From: Polynucleobacter necessarius | Lineage (GTDB): Bacteria; Pseudomonadota; Gammaproteobacteria; Burkholderiales; Burkholderiaceae | DNA length: 32,000 nucleotides | Direction of reading: 5' to 3' | Assembly: GCF_900095195.1 (NCBI RefSeq) | Contig: NZ_LT606950.1 | Location: 1,221,946-1,253,945, forward strand | Shown: piece after piece, positions 19,678 through 28,596 of the stretch | How the letters are laid out: every line of letters starts with the position of its first letter | How positions within the stretch are numbered: the stretch's first letter is position 1 | Notes under the pieces: generated by a model | Told to the model about the DNA's origin: nothing | Seen by the model: the letters and a program-made list of their open reading frames with translations, nothing else | Database searches by the model: none | Position numbers and translations under genes: made by a program

Positions 19678-21166
19678 ATGACTGCACCCGAAGCATTATT
19701 TCCAGCGAATTGGGCAAAAGCCAAAAAACAAGCAGACCTCATCAAAGTAGCCAAATCGATTCTCCTAGAGCCGACTGGCTTATCTGAACAAGATCTTCAT
19801 CGTACTTTTGGAACTCTTTTTACTCACCATCTTGGTGATGCCGATCTTTATTTTCAACACACGCGTAGCGAGAGCTGGAGCCTTGAAGAGGGAATAGTCA
19901 AATCTGGCAGCTTCAGCATTAATCAAGGCGTTGGGGTACGAGCAATTTATAGGGATAAACAGCGTTTGCATACTCTGATGAAATCAACCTAGAAGCACTA
20001 AGCAAGGCTGCTAAAGCTACACGAGTAATCGGCCCTCAAGGCGGTAAACACGCTGTAGCAAAGAAAATATTTAGCCCGGCTTCCAACAAGCTGTACTCCG
20101 ACCTTAACCCACTTGACTCCTTACAACCCAAGGAAAAGATTGCCCTCCTTGAGGGTATTGAGCGTCGTGCAAAGGCACGCGATCCGCGCATTATTCAGGT
20201 CATGGCAAGTCTAGCTGGTGAGTTTGATGTCGTATTGGTCGCCAGAGCCAATGGCTTACTCGCGGCAGATATTCGTCCGCTAGTACGAGTTTCTGTTCAC
20301 GTCATCGCCGAACAAAATGGGCGCCGTGAATCGGGCTCATCGGGTAGTGGCGCACGCCATGACTATCTTTACTTCGATGTAGATCTGATTAATCGCTATG
20401 TTGATGAAGCCGTGGATGGGTGCACTCATTAATTTAGAGTCGCGCCCTGCGCCCGCTGGTCCGATGACGGTGGTAATGGGGTCCGGCTGGCCAGGCGTTC
20501 TTTTGCACGAAGCAGTTGGCCACGGACTTGAAGGCGACTTTAATAGCAAAGGATCTTCTGCATTTGCAGGTCGCATTGGCGAACGCGTTGCTGCCAAAGG
20601 AGTCACAGTAGTCGATGATGGCACCTTATCTGGACGCAGAGGCTCCCTCAATATTGATGATGAAGGCACTCCAACGCAATGCACCACGTTGATTGAGGAC
20701 GGGATCTTAAAAGGCTACATTCAGGATAGCTTGAATGCCAGATTCATGAAAATGCCACTTACTGGGAACGGTCGTCGTGAAAGCTTTGCCTCTCTACCAA
20801 TGCTACGCATGACCAACACATACATGCTTGCCGGCAAAGACGACCCCCAAGAAATAGTAGCAAGTATTAAGCGGGGTTTATATGCAGTCAACTTTGGTGG
20901 CGGTCAGGTCGATATCACCAGCGGTAAATTTGTCTTCTCTGCATCAGAGGCATATTGGGTAGAAAACGAAAAAATCCAATACCCCGTCAAAGGCGCCACT
21001 ATTATCGGCAGTGGTCCAGAGTCCTTAAAGCAGGTATCGATGATCGGTAACGACCTGAAATTGGATGGCGGCGTTGGTGTTTGCGGTAAGGAAGGTCAAA
21101 GTGTGCCAGTCGGGGTTGGGCAGCCAAACACTGAAGATTGATAGCCTTACCGTGGGCGCCGCCTAA
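19678..21166 (+). pseudogene. tldD: metalloprotease TldD, three single-base frameshifts
   Basis: Piece 1 ends ...GDADLYFQHTRSESWSLEEGIVKSGSFSINQGVGVRAIYRDK, with a 1-bp loss in the A-run 19957-19959. Piece 2 runs TAFAYSDEINLEAL...RYVDEAVD, with a 1-bp gain in GGGT at 20418-20421. Piece 3 runs [41 protein letters not shown]...VGQP, with a 1-bp gain in the A-run 21126-21128. Piece 4 is [12 protein letters not shown] (stop 21164-21166). Confidence 0.9.
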
Positions 21167-21196
21167 TATTGGCAAATTACGGCTTAAAATAGCCGT

Positions 21197-22321
21197 ATGA
21201 GCCAACAAAATACAAATCCCGCAAATTGGTACTCTGCTGTTGATAAAACATCGGATACCGACGATCAACGCATTGACAATATTTCAGTTCTGCCACCGCC
21301 AGAACACTTGATCCGTTTTTTTCCTATTTCTGGAACACCAACAGAAGCCCTCATCAGCAAAACTCGCAAAAAGACTCGCGACATCATTCATGGCAAAGAT
21401 GATCGTCTGCTCGTCATCATTGGGCCATGCTCAATTCATGATTCAAGAGCTGCACTAAAGTATTGCCAACGGCTTTTGGGTGAGCGTGAGCGTTTTTCCG
21501 GTGAATTAGAAATCGTGATGCGCGTTTATTTTGAAAAACCACGCACTACCGTTGGCTGGAAGGGTTTAATTAATGACCCCTACCTTGATGAGTCTTATCG
21601 CATCGAAGAAGGTTTGCGACTTGCTCGCCAAGTCTTAATGGAGATCAATCGCCTTGGTATGCCTGCAGGCAGTGAATTCTTAGATGTTATTTCTCCGCAA
21701 TACATTGCCGATCTCATCTCATGGGGCGCGATTGGTGCTCGCACGACAGAAAGTCAAGTTCATCGTGAATTAGCTTCTGGTCTCTCTGCACCGATCGGAT
21801 TTAAAAATGGTACCGATGGCAATATTAAGATTGCAACTGACGCCATTTTGGCAGCGGGTCGCCCACACCACTTTTTATCCGTTCATAAAAACGGTCAGGT
21901 ATCGGTTGTAGAAACCAAAGGCAATAAAGACTGCCACGTTATTTTGCGTGGCGGTAAAGAGCCGAACTATGAAGCAAAATTTGTTCAGGCAGCCTGCTCC
22001 AAGCTCGAGGCTGGCAAGCTTCATGGCAGTTTGATGGTTGATTTATCTCACGCCAATTCCAGCAAAAAACATGAGCGTCAAATCGTAGTTGCAGATGATG
22101 TTGCTCAACAAATTGAGTCTGGATCAAATCAGATTTTTGGCGTCATGATTGAAAGCCATCTCAATGATGGTGCTCAGAAATTTACGCCAGGCAAAGATGA
22201 CCCCAGAAAACTGGAGTATGGAAAAAGTATCACCGATGCCTGTATCAATTGGGACGATTCAGTGCAAGTACTCGAGCGTCTTGCGGCCGCAGTTAAAAAA
22301 CGCAGAAGTAAGAAAAAGTAA
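21197..22321 (+). CDS. aroG: 3-deoxy-7-phosphoheptulonate (DAHP) synthase, class I
   Basis: 374 aa, collinear with class I-alpha DAHP synthases (GPCSIHD, KPRTTVGWKGLINDP, WGAIGARTTESQVHRELASGLS, KNGTDG). The feedback-specificity isoenzyme cannot be told from the sequence. Confidence 0.92.
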   Translation: MSQQNTNPANWYSAVDKTSDTDDQRIDNISVLPPPEHLIRFFPISGTPTEALISKTRKKTRDIIHGKDDRLLVIIGPCSIHDSRAALKYCQRLLGERERFSGELEIVMRVYFEKPRTTVGWKGLINDPYLDESYRIEEGLRLARQVLMEINRLGMPAGSEFLDVISPQYIADLISWGAIGARTTESQVHRELASGLSAPIGFKNGTDGNIKIATDAILAAGRPHHFLSVHKNGQVSVVETKGNKDCHVILRGGKEPNYEAKFVQAACSKLEAGKLHGSLMVDLSHANSSKKHERQIVVADDVAQQIESGSNQIFGVMIESHLNDGAQKFTPGKDDPRKLEYGKSITDACINWDDSVQVLERLAAAVKKRRSKKK

Positions 22322-22334
22322 GGTAGGGCTCAGC

Positions 22335-22368
22335 AAAAAAGAGACTAATTTATTTAGTCTCTTTTTTT
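22335..22368. terminator. bidirectional intrinsic terminator between convergent aroG and the adenosyltransferase gene
   Basis: aaaaaaGAGACTAAtttatTTAGTCTCttttttt, with stems at 22341-22348 and 22354-22361. An A6 run lies on one side and a T7 run on the other. Confidence 0.8.
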
Positions 22369-22917
22369 CGTGCTTCCAAAGGACATCCGTTCCGCCGGCA
22401 GCACGATTCAAGATTCGTGCGATCACAAAAAGAAGGTTAGACAAGCGATTTACGTATTGCCTGGGGGAATCATACAAGGGCTCCTCCCAACCTAAACGCA
22501 CAATTGAGCGCTCTGCCCTTCGACAAACCGTTCTACAAAATATGCTTGAGCAGCAGCACGCGTACCGCCCGGCAGAATAAATTCTGTTAATGGCGGGAGT
22601 TGTTGGTTGTGCTTTTCAAGCCAGACATCCAACTGCGCAACGTGTTTTGGATTGAGCAATTTGTAATTTGGAATACAGAGTTCGCCACCTAAATCAAATA
22701 AATCGTGCTGAATCTGTAAAAAGAGAACTTTGAGCTCCTCGGCAATCGATTCTGGGATGGCTTCGGTCATCAAAACACCGATTTCTGAATTGAGCTCATC
22801 AATATCGCCCATTGCACAAATACGCAAATGATCCTTTTCAACGCGACTTCCGTCTCCAAGGCTAGTCATGCCAGCATCACCTGTTCTGGTGGTGATTTTT
22901 GATAGTCGATTACCCAT
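22361..22917 (-). pseudogene. ATP:cob(I)alamin adenosyltransferase (PduO/MMAB type), frameshifted; 3' boundary uncertain
   Basis: From the ATG at 22917 the sequence reads MGNRLSKITTRTGDAGMTSLGDGSRVEKD...IQHDLFDLGGELCIP...EFILPGGTRAAAQA. At about 22537-22546 the homologous sequence jumps frame (1-bp loss) to CRTVCRRAERSIVRLG...RQYVNRLSNLLFVIARILNRAAGGTDVLWKHEKK. That frame has no stop until 22256, so it runs through the terminator hairpin into the antisense of aroG. An A-run length change of +1 or -1 at 22362-22368 would create a stop inside the hairpin. Confidence 0.8.
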
Positions 22918-22935
22918 GAGCTTAATTATAGGTAA

Positions 22936-24453
22936 ATGGCTAAAATGAATGTCATGAATATGGTGACCACACCCCCCGATATTGCAGCAATTGGCGCCCT
23001 TCAGTCCAAACTGGTATCGGCTTTGCGCCCGATCCTTCCAGGGCATGCCTTACTCTGGGAGCCGGAGGACACGATTCCGTATGAATGTGATGGTCTTGCG
23101 GCATATCGTCGGATGCCTCTAGCGGTTGCCCTTCCAGAGACAGAAGAACAAGTCGCCAAGATTTTGAGAGTTTGTTTTGAGATGCAAATACCGGTTGTCC
23201 CACGCGGATCCAGAACGGGCTTATCGGGTGGTGCCATGCCAATTTCTCAAGGTCTAGTGCTATCACTCGCCAAACTCAAAAAAATTATCAGTATTGTTCC
23301 CTTTACGAGAACAGCCGTTGTGCAACCAGGTGTTCGCAATCTAGCTATTTCTGAAGCAGTCGCTCACCTCGGTTTGTATTACGCCCCAGATCCTTCTTCT
23401 CAAATTGCGTGCTCGATTGGCGGAAATGTTAATGAAAACTCTGGTGGCGTGCACTGTTTAAAGTATGGCTTGACCTTGCATAACGTTTTGCGAGTACGTG
23501 GCGTACTTATGAACGGCGATGTTGTCGAATTTGGCAGTCTAGCGCCAGACTCACCAGGCTTAGATTTAATGGCCATCATGATGGGCAGTGAAGGCATGTT
23601 GGCAGTGGTTACTGAAGTTACTGTGAAATTAGTTGCCAAGCCAAAACTAGCCCGCGTCATTATGGCCAACTTTGACGATATTGAAAAAGGTGGAAATGCT
23701 GTTGCCGCCATCATTGCCGCAGGCATTATTCCTGCGGGCCTGGAGATGATGGATAAAGCCGCCACTCGCGCCGTTGAAGAATTCGTACACGCTGGGTATG
23801 ACCTTGATGCTGCAGCCATGTTGCCTGGTTGTGAATCGGACGGCACACCAGAAGAGGTTGCCGAAGAAATAGAACGCATGACCAAGGTGCTCGAACAATC
23901 TGGCGCAAGCGGTATTCAGATTTCTAAAGATGAGACTGAGCGCTTAAAATTTTGGAGCGGCCGCAAAAACGCTTTCCCTGCTGCAGGTCGCTTAGCGCCA
24001 GATTACTACTGCATGGATGGAACGATTCCCCGCCGACACATTGCAACTCTGTTAAAGCGTATTCAAGGTATGGAAGAAAAATACGGTTTGGGATGTTTGA
24101 ATGTATTTCATGCAGGGGATGGCAATATGCATCCGCTCATTTTATTTAATGGCGCCGATCAGGAAGAATGGCATCGCGCGGAAGAATTCGGCACTGAAAT
24201 TTTGGAAGCCTGTGTTGAACTCGGCGGCGCCATCACTGGCGAACATGGCGTTGGAATCGAAAAAATCAACTCCATATGCGTGCAATTTGGAGGGGGTGAA
24301 CGGGAATCCTTTTGGGGTGTCAAAGCCGAATTTGATCCGGAGAAATTGCTTAACCCTGACAAGGCCACCCCAACCTTAAACCGTTGCGCAGAATATGGGC
24401 GCATGCGGATCAGTGGCGGGAAGTTACCCCATCCTGAATTGGAGCGTTTTTAA
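22936..24453 (+). CDS. glcD: glycolate oxidase subunit GlcD (FAD-linked oxidase), apparently intact
   Basis: 505 aa with a PCMH-type FAD-binding domain (VVPRGSRTGLSGGA). The C-terminal region reads FWSGRKNAFPAAGRLAPDYYCMDGTIPRR and NVFHAGDGNMHPLILF, and the protein ends LPHPELERF like GlcD. The start codon choice (22936 or a nearby downstream ATG) is uncertain. Confidence 0.88.
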   Translation: MAKMNVMNMVTTPPDIAAIGALQSKLVSALRPILPGHALLWEPEDTIPYECDGLAAYRRMPLAVALPETEEQVAKILRVCFEMQIPVVPRGSRTGLSGGAMPISQGLVLSLAKLKKIISIVPFTRTAVVQPGVRNLAISEAVAHLGLYYAPDPSSQIACSIGGNVNENSGGVHCLKYGLTLHNVLRVRGVLMNGDVVEFGSLAPDSPGLDLMAIMMGSEGMLAVVTEVTVKLVAKPKLARVIMANFDDIEKGGNAVAAIIAAGIIPAGLEMMDKAATRAVEEFVHAGYDLDAAAMLPGCESDGTPEEVAEEIERMTKVLEQSGASGIQISKDETERLKFWSGRKNAFPAAGRLAPDYYCMDGTIPRRHIATLLKRIQGMEEKYGLGCLNVFHAGDGNMHPLILFNGADQEEWHRAEEFGTEILEACVELGGAITGEHGVGIEKINSICVQFGGGERESFWGVKAEFDPEKLLNPDKATPTLNRCAEYGRMRISGGKLPHPELERF

Positions 24454-25160
24454 TGGCCGCAACCAGTTCAACTATTGAAGGATTTCGTGAGCAGATTCTT
24501 AATGCCGCTAAGAATAAAGTGCCCCTTTCTATTGAGGGTGGTGGCACTAAATCTTGGTATGGAAATCCCAACTCCTTCACAAAACTAGATACCCGCGCAT
24601 ACCTTGGTATTTTGGAATACCAACCTGAAGAGTTGGTGATCACCGCTTGTGCGGGCACTCCGCTAAAAGAGATCGAAACGGCTCTTGCAGAAAAAAATCA
24701 GGTGTTAGCTTTTGAACCGCCTCACTTTGGTGAGCATGCTACGTTTGGCGGCGCCATTGCCTCAGGATTGGCGGGTCCTGGTCGAATTAGTGTTGGCAAT
24801 TTTCGAGACTTTGTTTTAGGCACTCGTATTCTGGATGGCAAGGGACAGGACCTTTCCTTTGGCGGCAAAGTAATGAAGAACGTTGCCGGCTATGATGTAT
24901 CGCGTTTGATACCAGGATCGATGGGAACCTTATCCCTTCTCCTAGAAGCATCCGTCAAGGTATTGCCCAAGCCTGCCGCGACTTCAACACTACGTTGTCA
25001 AATTTCTCAGGCAAAAGCTTTGGAAATTCTGAACACTTGGGCTGGTCAACCTCTGCCACTATCCGCAAGCTGCTGGATTGGGGATGACCACAAAGATGGT
25101 GAGCTCACCTTTCGTCTTTCTGGCGCAGCAGCTGCAGTAAAGGCTGCGATTCCATTGATG
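24453..25160 (+). pseudogene. glcE: glycolate oxidase subunit GlcE, 3' third deleted
   Basis: The ATG overlaps the glcD stop (TAATG). The GlcE-like sequence runs through ...GGKVMKNVAGYDVSRLIPGSMGTLSLLLEASVKVLPKP...RLSGAAAAVKAAIPLM. The expected distal part (FW..LREQ...GGHAT...FDP..IFNPGRM) is missing in every frame. The junction coordinate is approximate. Confidence 0.75.
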
Positions 25161-25161
25161 A

Positions 25162-26109
25162 GCTCGCTGGTTAATGCACACGAAATTTCCCTTGAAGGAA
25201 GGCTTAACAAATCCAGCATCATTCAATTCAGCGATGGCATTGGGACGTTTTGTGCGCCCTCTGCTGCCAAGCAGCATTCAGCGCAAGATTCCGGTCACAG
25301 AGTAAAGCGTTATCGCAATCAACCGATCCATACGCTCGACCTCAAGCGCAACATACTCGCAAGATGCTGATTTTGGAAGGATGCGTTCAACCTGGCATGC
25401 TGCCAAATATCAATTCCGTTACTGCGCGTGTGTTGGATGCTCTTAAGATTCAACTCATCAGCGCTCCCAACGCCACCTGTTGCGGTGCATTGCGTTATCA
25501 CCTCAATGACCAAGATGGGGGTTTAAGCAATGCCAAACAAAATATTGATGCTTGGTGGCCACTAGTTGAACAAGGGGTTGGAGTTATTGTGATGACAGCT
25601 TCTAGCTGCGGGGTCATGGTGAAGGACTACGGTCACTTATTAGCAAATGACCCAATTTATGCCCATAAAGCAAAAAAAATTTCTGAATTAACCAAAGATA
25701 TTGCAGAAATTTTGCCAACGTTGCAAAGCAAACTAGTAGATCTCATTGGTGCAGATCAGAAACCTGGAGTGGTTTGCCACCCGCCTTGCACCCTGCAGCA
25801 TAGCCAACAAATTCTGGGCAAAGTTGAAGGTCTCTTGATAAGCTTAGGCATTAGCGTACGACTCTGTAACGATAACCATCTTTGCTGTGGCTCAGCTGGC
25901 ACATACTCCGTTACTCAACCTGAGCTCTCCGAGCGCAGCTTCGTATGAACAAGCTGACCAACTTAAATACAGCCTGCAAAGAATCTGGAGCAGAAGTTAT
26001 TGTTTCGGGAAATATTGGGTGCATTACCCATCTGCAACAAGACGAGAATCCAGTATTGCACTGGATTGAAATCGTCGATCAACTCATTCAAAAGCCCAAC
26101 AATACTTAA
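25162..26109 (+). pseudogene. glcF: glycolate oxidase Fe-S subunit GlcF, 5' third deleted plus two frameshifts
   Basis: GlcF similarity begins mid-protein in the frame of 25162 (ARWLMHTKFPLKEGLTNPASFNSAMALGRFVRPLLPSSIQRKIPVTE*). It shifts at about 25303 to KALSQ...RKMLILEGCVQPGMLPNINSVTARVLDAL...CCGA...HLCCGSAGTYSVTQPELSE. It shifts again at about 25935 (1-bp loss) to QLRMNKLTNLNTACKESGAEVIVSGNIGCITHLQQDENPVLHWIEIVDQLIQKPNNT* (stop 26107-26109). No CxxCxxCxxxCP ferredoxin motif is present in any frame. Confidence 0.8.
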
Positions 26110-26834
26110 TGAACTCAATTGTCGTCAATCTCATTCAGGTCAGAAATCGCATAGAGCTGGCAGCCCTGGCAGCAAAACGTGAGCCCGAAGAAATTGAACT
26201 GCTTGCCGTCAGTAAAACGTTTCCAGCATCCGCTGTAGAGGAGGCAATGCACGCCGGACAGTCGGCTTTTGGTGAAAACTATGTACAGGAAGGCGTCGAG
26301 AAGATTATCCAACTCGAAAAACTGCGGCCCTGGTTAGTTTGGCATTTTATTGGGCCACTACAAAGCAATAAGACCCGAGAGGTTGCCGAGCATTTTGACT
26401 GGATGCACAGCATTGATCGTCTCAAGATTGCCGAACGTCTCTCAGCACAACGCGCAGAATTTCCAGAGTTAGCGGAGTTACAACTGTGCGTTCAGGTCAA
26501 TGTCAGCGAAGAAGAAAGCAAAAGCGGTGTGCCACTCAGTGAAGCGCAAGAACTTTGCGATGCCATTAGTAAACTACCCAATGTGGTTTTACGAGGATTA
26601 ATGGCTATTCCAGCCCCAAGCCCTAATCCCCAAGTTCAACGGGATGCTTTTGCGGCGGTTCGGGACTGTTTTCAGAAGATCCAGTCTAACCGTGCCATGA
26701 ACCCTGGCTACCTATTTTTTGATACCCTTTCCATGGGTATGTCAGATGATCTAGAGGCTGCGATCACAGAAGGCAGCACAATGGTTAGAGTAGGAACTGC
26801 CATTTTTGGGAAGCGCGACAAGATTACCAAATGA
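26109..26834 (+). CDS. yggS: YggS-family pyridoxal-phosphate homeostasis protein
   Basis: 241 aa with the YggS/PROSC pattern (LLAVSKT, FGENYVQE, WHFIGPLQSNK, MGMSDD). The start overlaps the glcF stop (TAATG). Confidence 0.88.
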   Translation: MNSIVVNLIQVRNRIELAALAAKREPEEIELLAVSKTFPASAVEEAMHAGQSAFGENYVQEGVEKIIQLEKLRPWLVWHFIGPLQSNKTREVAEHFDWMHSIDRLKIAERLSAQRAEFPELAELQLCVQVNVSEEESKSGVPLSEAQELCDAISKLPNVVLRGLMAIPAPSPNPQVQRDAFAAVRDCFQKIQSNRAMNPGYLFFDTLSMGMSDDLEAAITEGSTMVRVGTAIFGKRDKITK

Positions 26835-27700
26835 GCTCACAACAAAATATGCAGAACAAAAGCAATGCCCACATTACTTTTGTAGGTGGGGGGAATATGG
26901 GGCGCGCCTTAATCAGTGGCCTTTTAAATAATGGCTTTGAGCCAAACCAAATTTCGGTAGTGGAAGCGAATGCCACAACTGCTTTAAAGCTTTATAAGGA
27001 TTTTGGCGTTCAAGGAATTGGCGCACTTGAGCAAATTGCTTTTGATTTCTCAAAAAATAATGTTGTCGTAATGGCAATTAAGCCGCAGGACTTTAATGTT
27101 GTTGCCAAAGGATTAGCCTCCAAACTTAAACATGCAACCGCACCTGGGCCACTCATCCTGAGTATTGCTGCAAGCATTCGACTCAAGGACATGAGCCGCT
27201 GGCTTGATCACACCCGCTGCGTGCGCGCAATGCCAAATACTCCCGCACTTATTGGAAAAGGGATTACTGGCCTATTTGCCGATGCCGCAGTGGATACATC
27301 GGATCGCACTCTTGCTGAAACGATTTGCAATGCCGTCGGTCAAACCGTTTGGGTATCTGATGAAAAATTAATGGATGCTGTTACTGCTGTATCTGGTAGC
27401 GGCCCAGCGTATGTGTTTGCCTTTATCAAAGCAATGCAATCCGCTGGTGAAAAGCTTGGTCTTGATGCAAAAACTGCTCGCAAACTTGCCTACGCAACAC
27501 TCGAAGGAGCCACGCAACTCGCCCATAACTCCGATGAGCATGCCGGCGTCCTGTGTGAACGCGTTACCTCCAAAGGAGGCACAACGGCTGCTGCACTGGA
27601 CATGATGCAGCAACATGGCTGGCATGAAATTCTGGAAAAGGCGATTGACGCCGCCAGTCAACGGGGTAAAACCATGGGTGACGAGTTGGGCAAAAACTAA
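26831..27700 (+). CDS. proC: pyrroline-5-carboxylate reductase
   Basis: 289 aa with an N-terminal Rossmann motif (FVGGGNMGRAL) and the C-terminal motif SKGGTTAAAL. It has a 4-nt ATGA overlap with yggS. Confidence 0.9.
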   Translation: MSSQQNMQNKSNAHITFVGGGNMGRALISGLLNNGFEPNQISVVEANATTALKLYKDFGVQGIGALEQIAFDFSKNNVVVMAIKPQDFNVVAKGLASKLKHATAPGPLILSIAASIRLKDMSRWLDHTRCVRAMPNTPALIGKGITGLFADAAVDTSDRTLAETICNAVGQTVWVSDEKLMDAVTAVSGSGPAYVFAFIKAMQSAGEKLGLDAKTARKLAYATLEGATQLAHNSDEHAGVLCERVTSKGGTTAAALDMMQQHGWHEILEKAIDAASQRGKTMGDELGKN

Positions 27701-27725
27701 TATGGTTTTGGCGCCAATCGGAAAA

Positions 27726-28589
27726 TTAATTCAGGCTAAGGCCCAATACAATCCCAAAAAATAAAAATCCGCCCAGCCAATTGTTATGACGAAATGCTAG
27801 GAAACACTCTTCCCGCTTTCGAGTAGCAACAAGTTTCATGTGGTAAATAGCGCACCCCAGTGCCATCACCCAGCCTACCAAAAAATAATTACTTAAGTCG
27901 GCAAGTTGAGCTACCCACAACTGAGTAATGAACAGAATGGCGTAACTCGTACCAATAGCGATCACATCATATTTTCCAAAAGTAATTGCTGATGTTCGCA
28001 AACCCAGACGTAGATCGTCCTCGCGATCGACCATTGCATACGCCGTGTCATAGGCTATCGCCCAAAATAGATTGCCAATAAATAGAATCCAAGCTTCTAA
28101 GGGGATAAAGTTCAATATAGCCGCATAAGCCATCGGAATACCGAAGCCAAATGCAATTCCAAGTACCGCTTGAGGCATCGCAAAAAAGCGTTTTGTGAAT
28201 GGGTAAATAAAGGCTACTATCAGCGCCAACACTGAGAGCTGCTTTGTATAAAGATTCAAGGGTTGAGTGAGCAAAAAAGCCATCAAAGCTAGTATGACTG
28301 CGACGCTAATCGCCTCCTTACCAGAGATTTTTCCGCTTGTGACTGAGCGCCCTTGGGTTCTCTGTACATAGCGATCAAAATCACGATCCGCATAATCATT
28401 CATGGCGCAGCCCGCGCTACGCATTAAGAATGTGCCCACTACAAAAATTAACAAAATTTGGGGGTCTGGAATACCACTGCTAGCTAGCCACAGAGCCCAT
28501 AGCGTTGGCCATAGCAAGAGCAGAGTGCCGATAGGCTTATCTAAGCGAATTAAATAAGCATAGGCGCGAAGACGATCACTAAAGGACAT
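27726..28589 (-). CDS. ubiA: 4-hydroxybenzoate polyprenyltransferase
   Basis: 287 aa, polytopic and hydrophobic, with the UbiA prenyltransferase motifs NDYADRDFD and a second Asp-rich box (YAMVDREDD). Confidence 0.9.
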   Translation of the reverse strand: MSFSDRLRAYAYLIRLDKPIGTLLLLWPTLWALWLASSGIPDPQILLIFVVGTFLMRSAGCAMNDYADRDFDRYVQRTQGRSVTSGKISGKEAISVAVILALMAFLLTQPLNLYTKQLSVLALIVAFIYPFTKRFFAMPQAVLGIAFGFGIPMAYAAILNFIPLEAWILFIGNLFWAIAYDTAYAMVDREDDLRLGLRTSAITFGKYDVIAIGTSYAILFITQLWVAQLADLSNYFLVGWVMALGCAIYHMKLVATRKREECFLAFRHNNWLGGFLFFGIVLGLSLN

Positions 28590-28596
28590 TCGTAAA

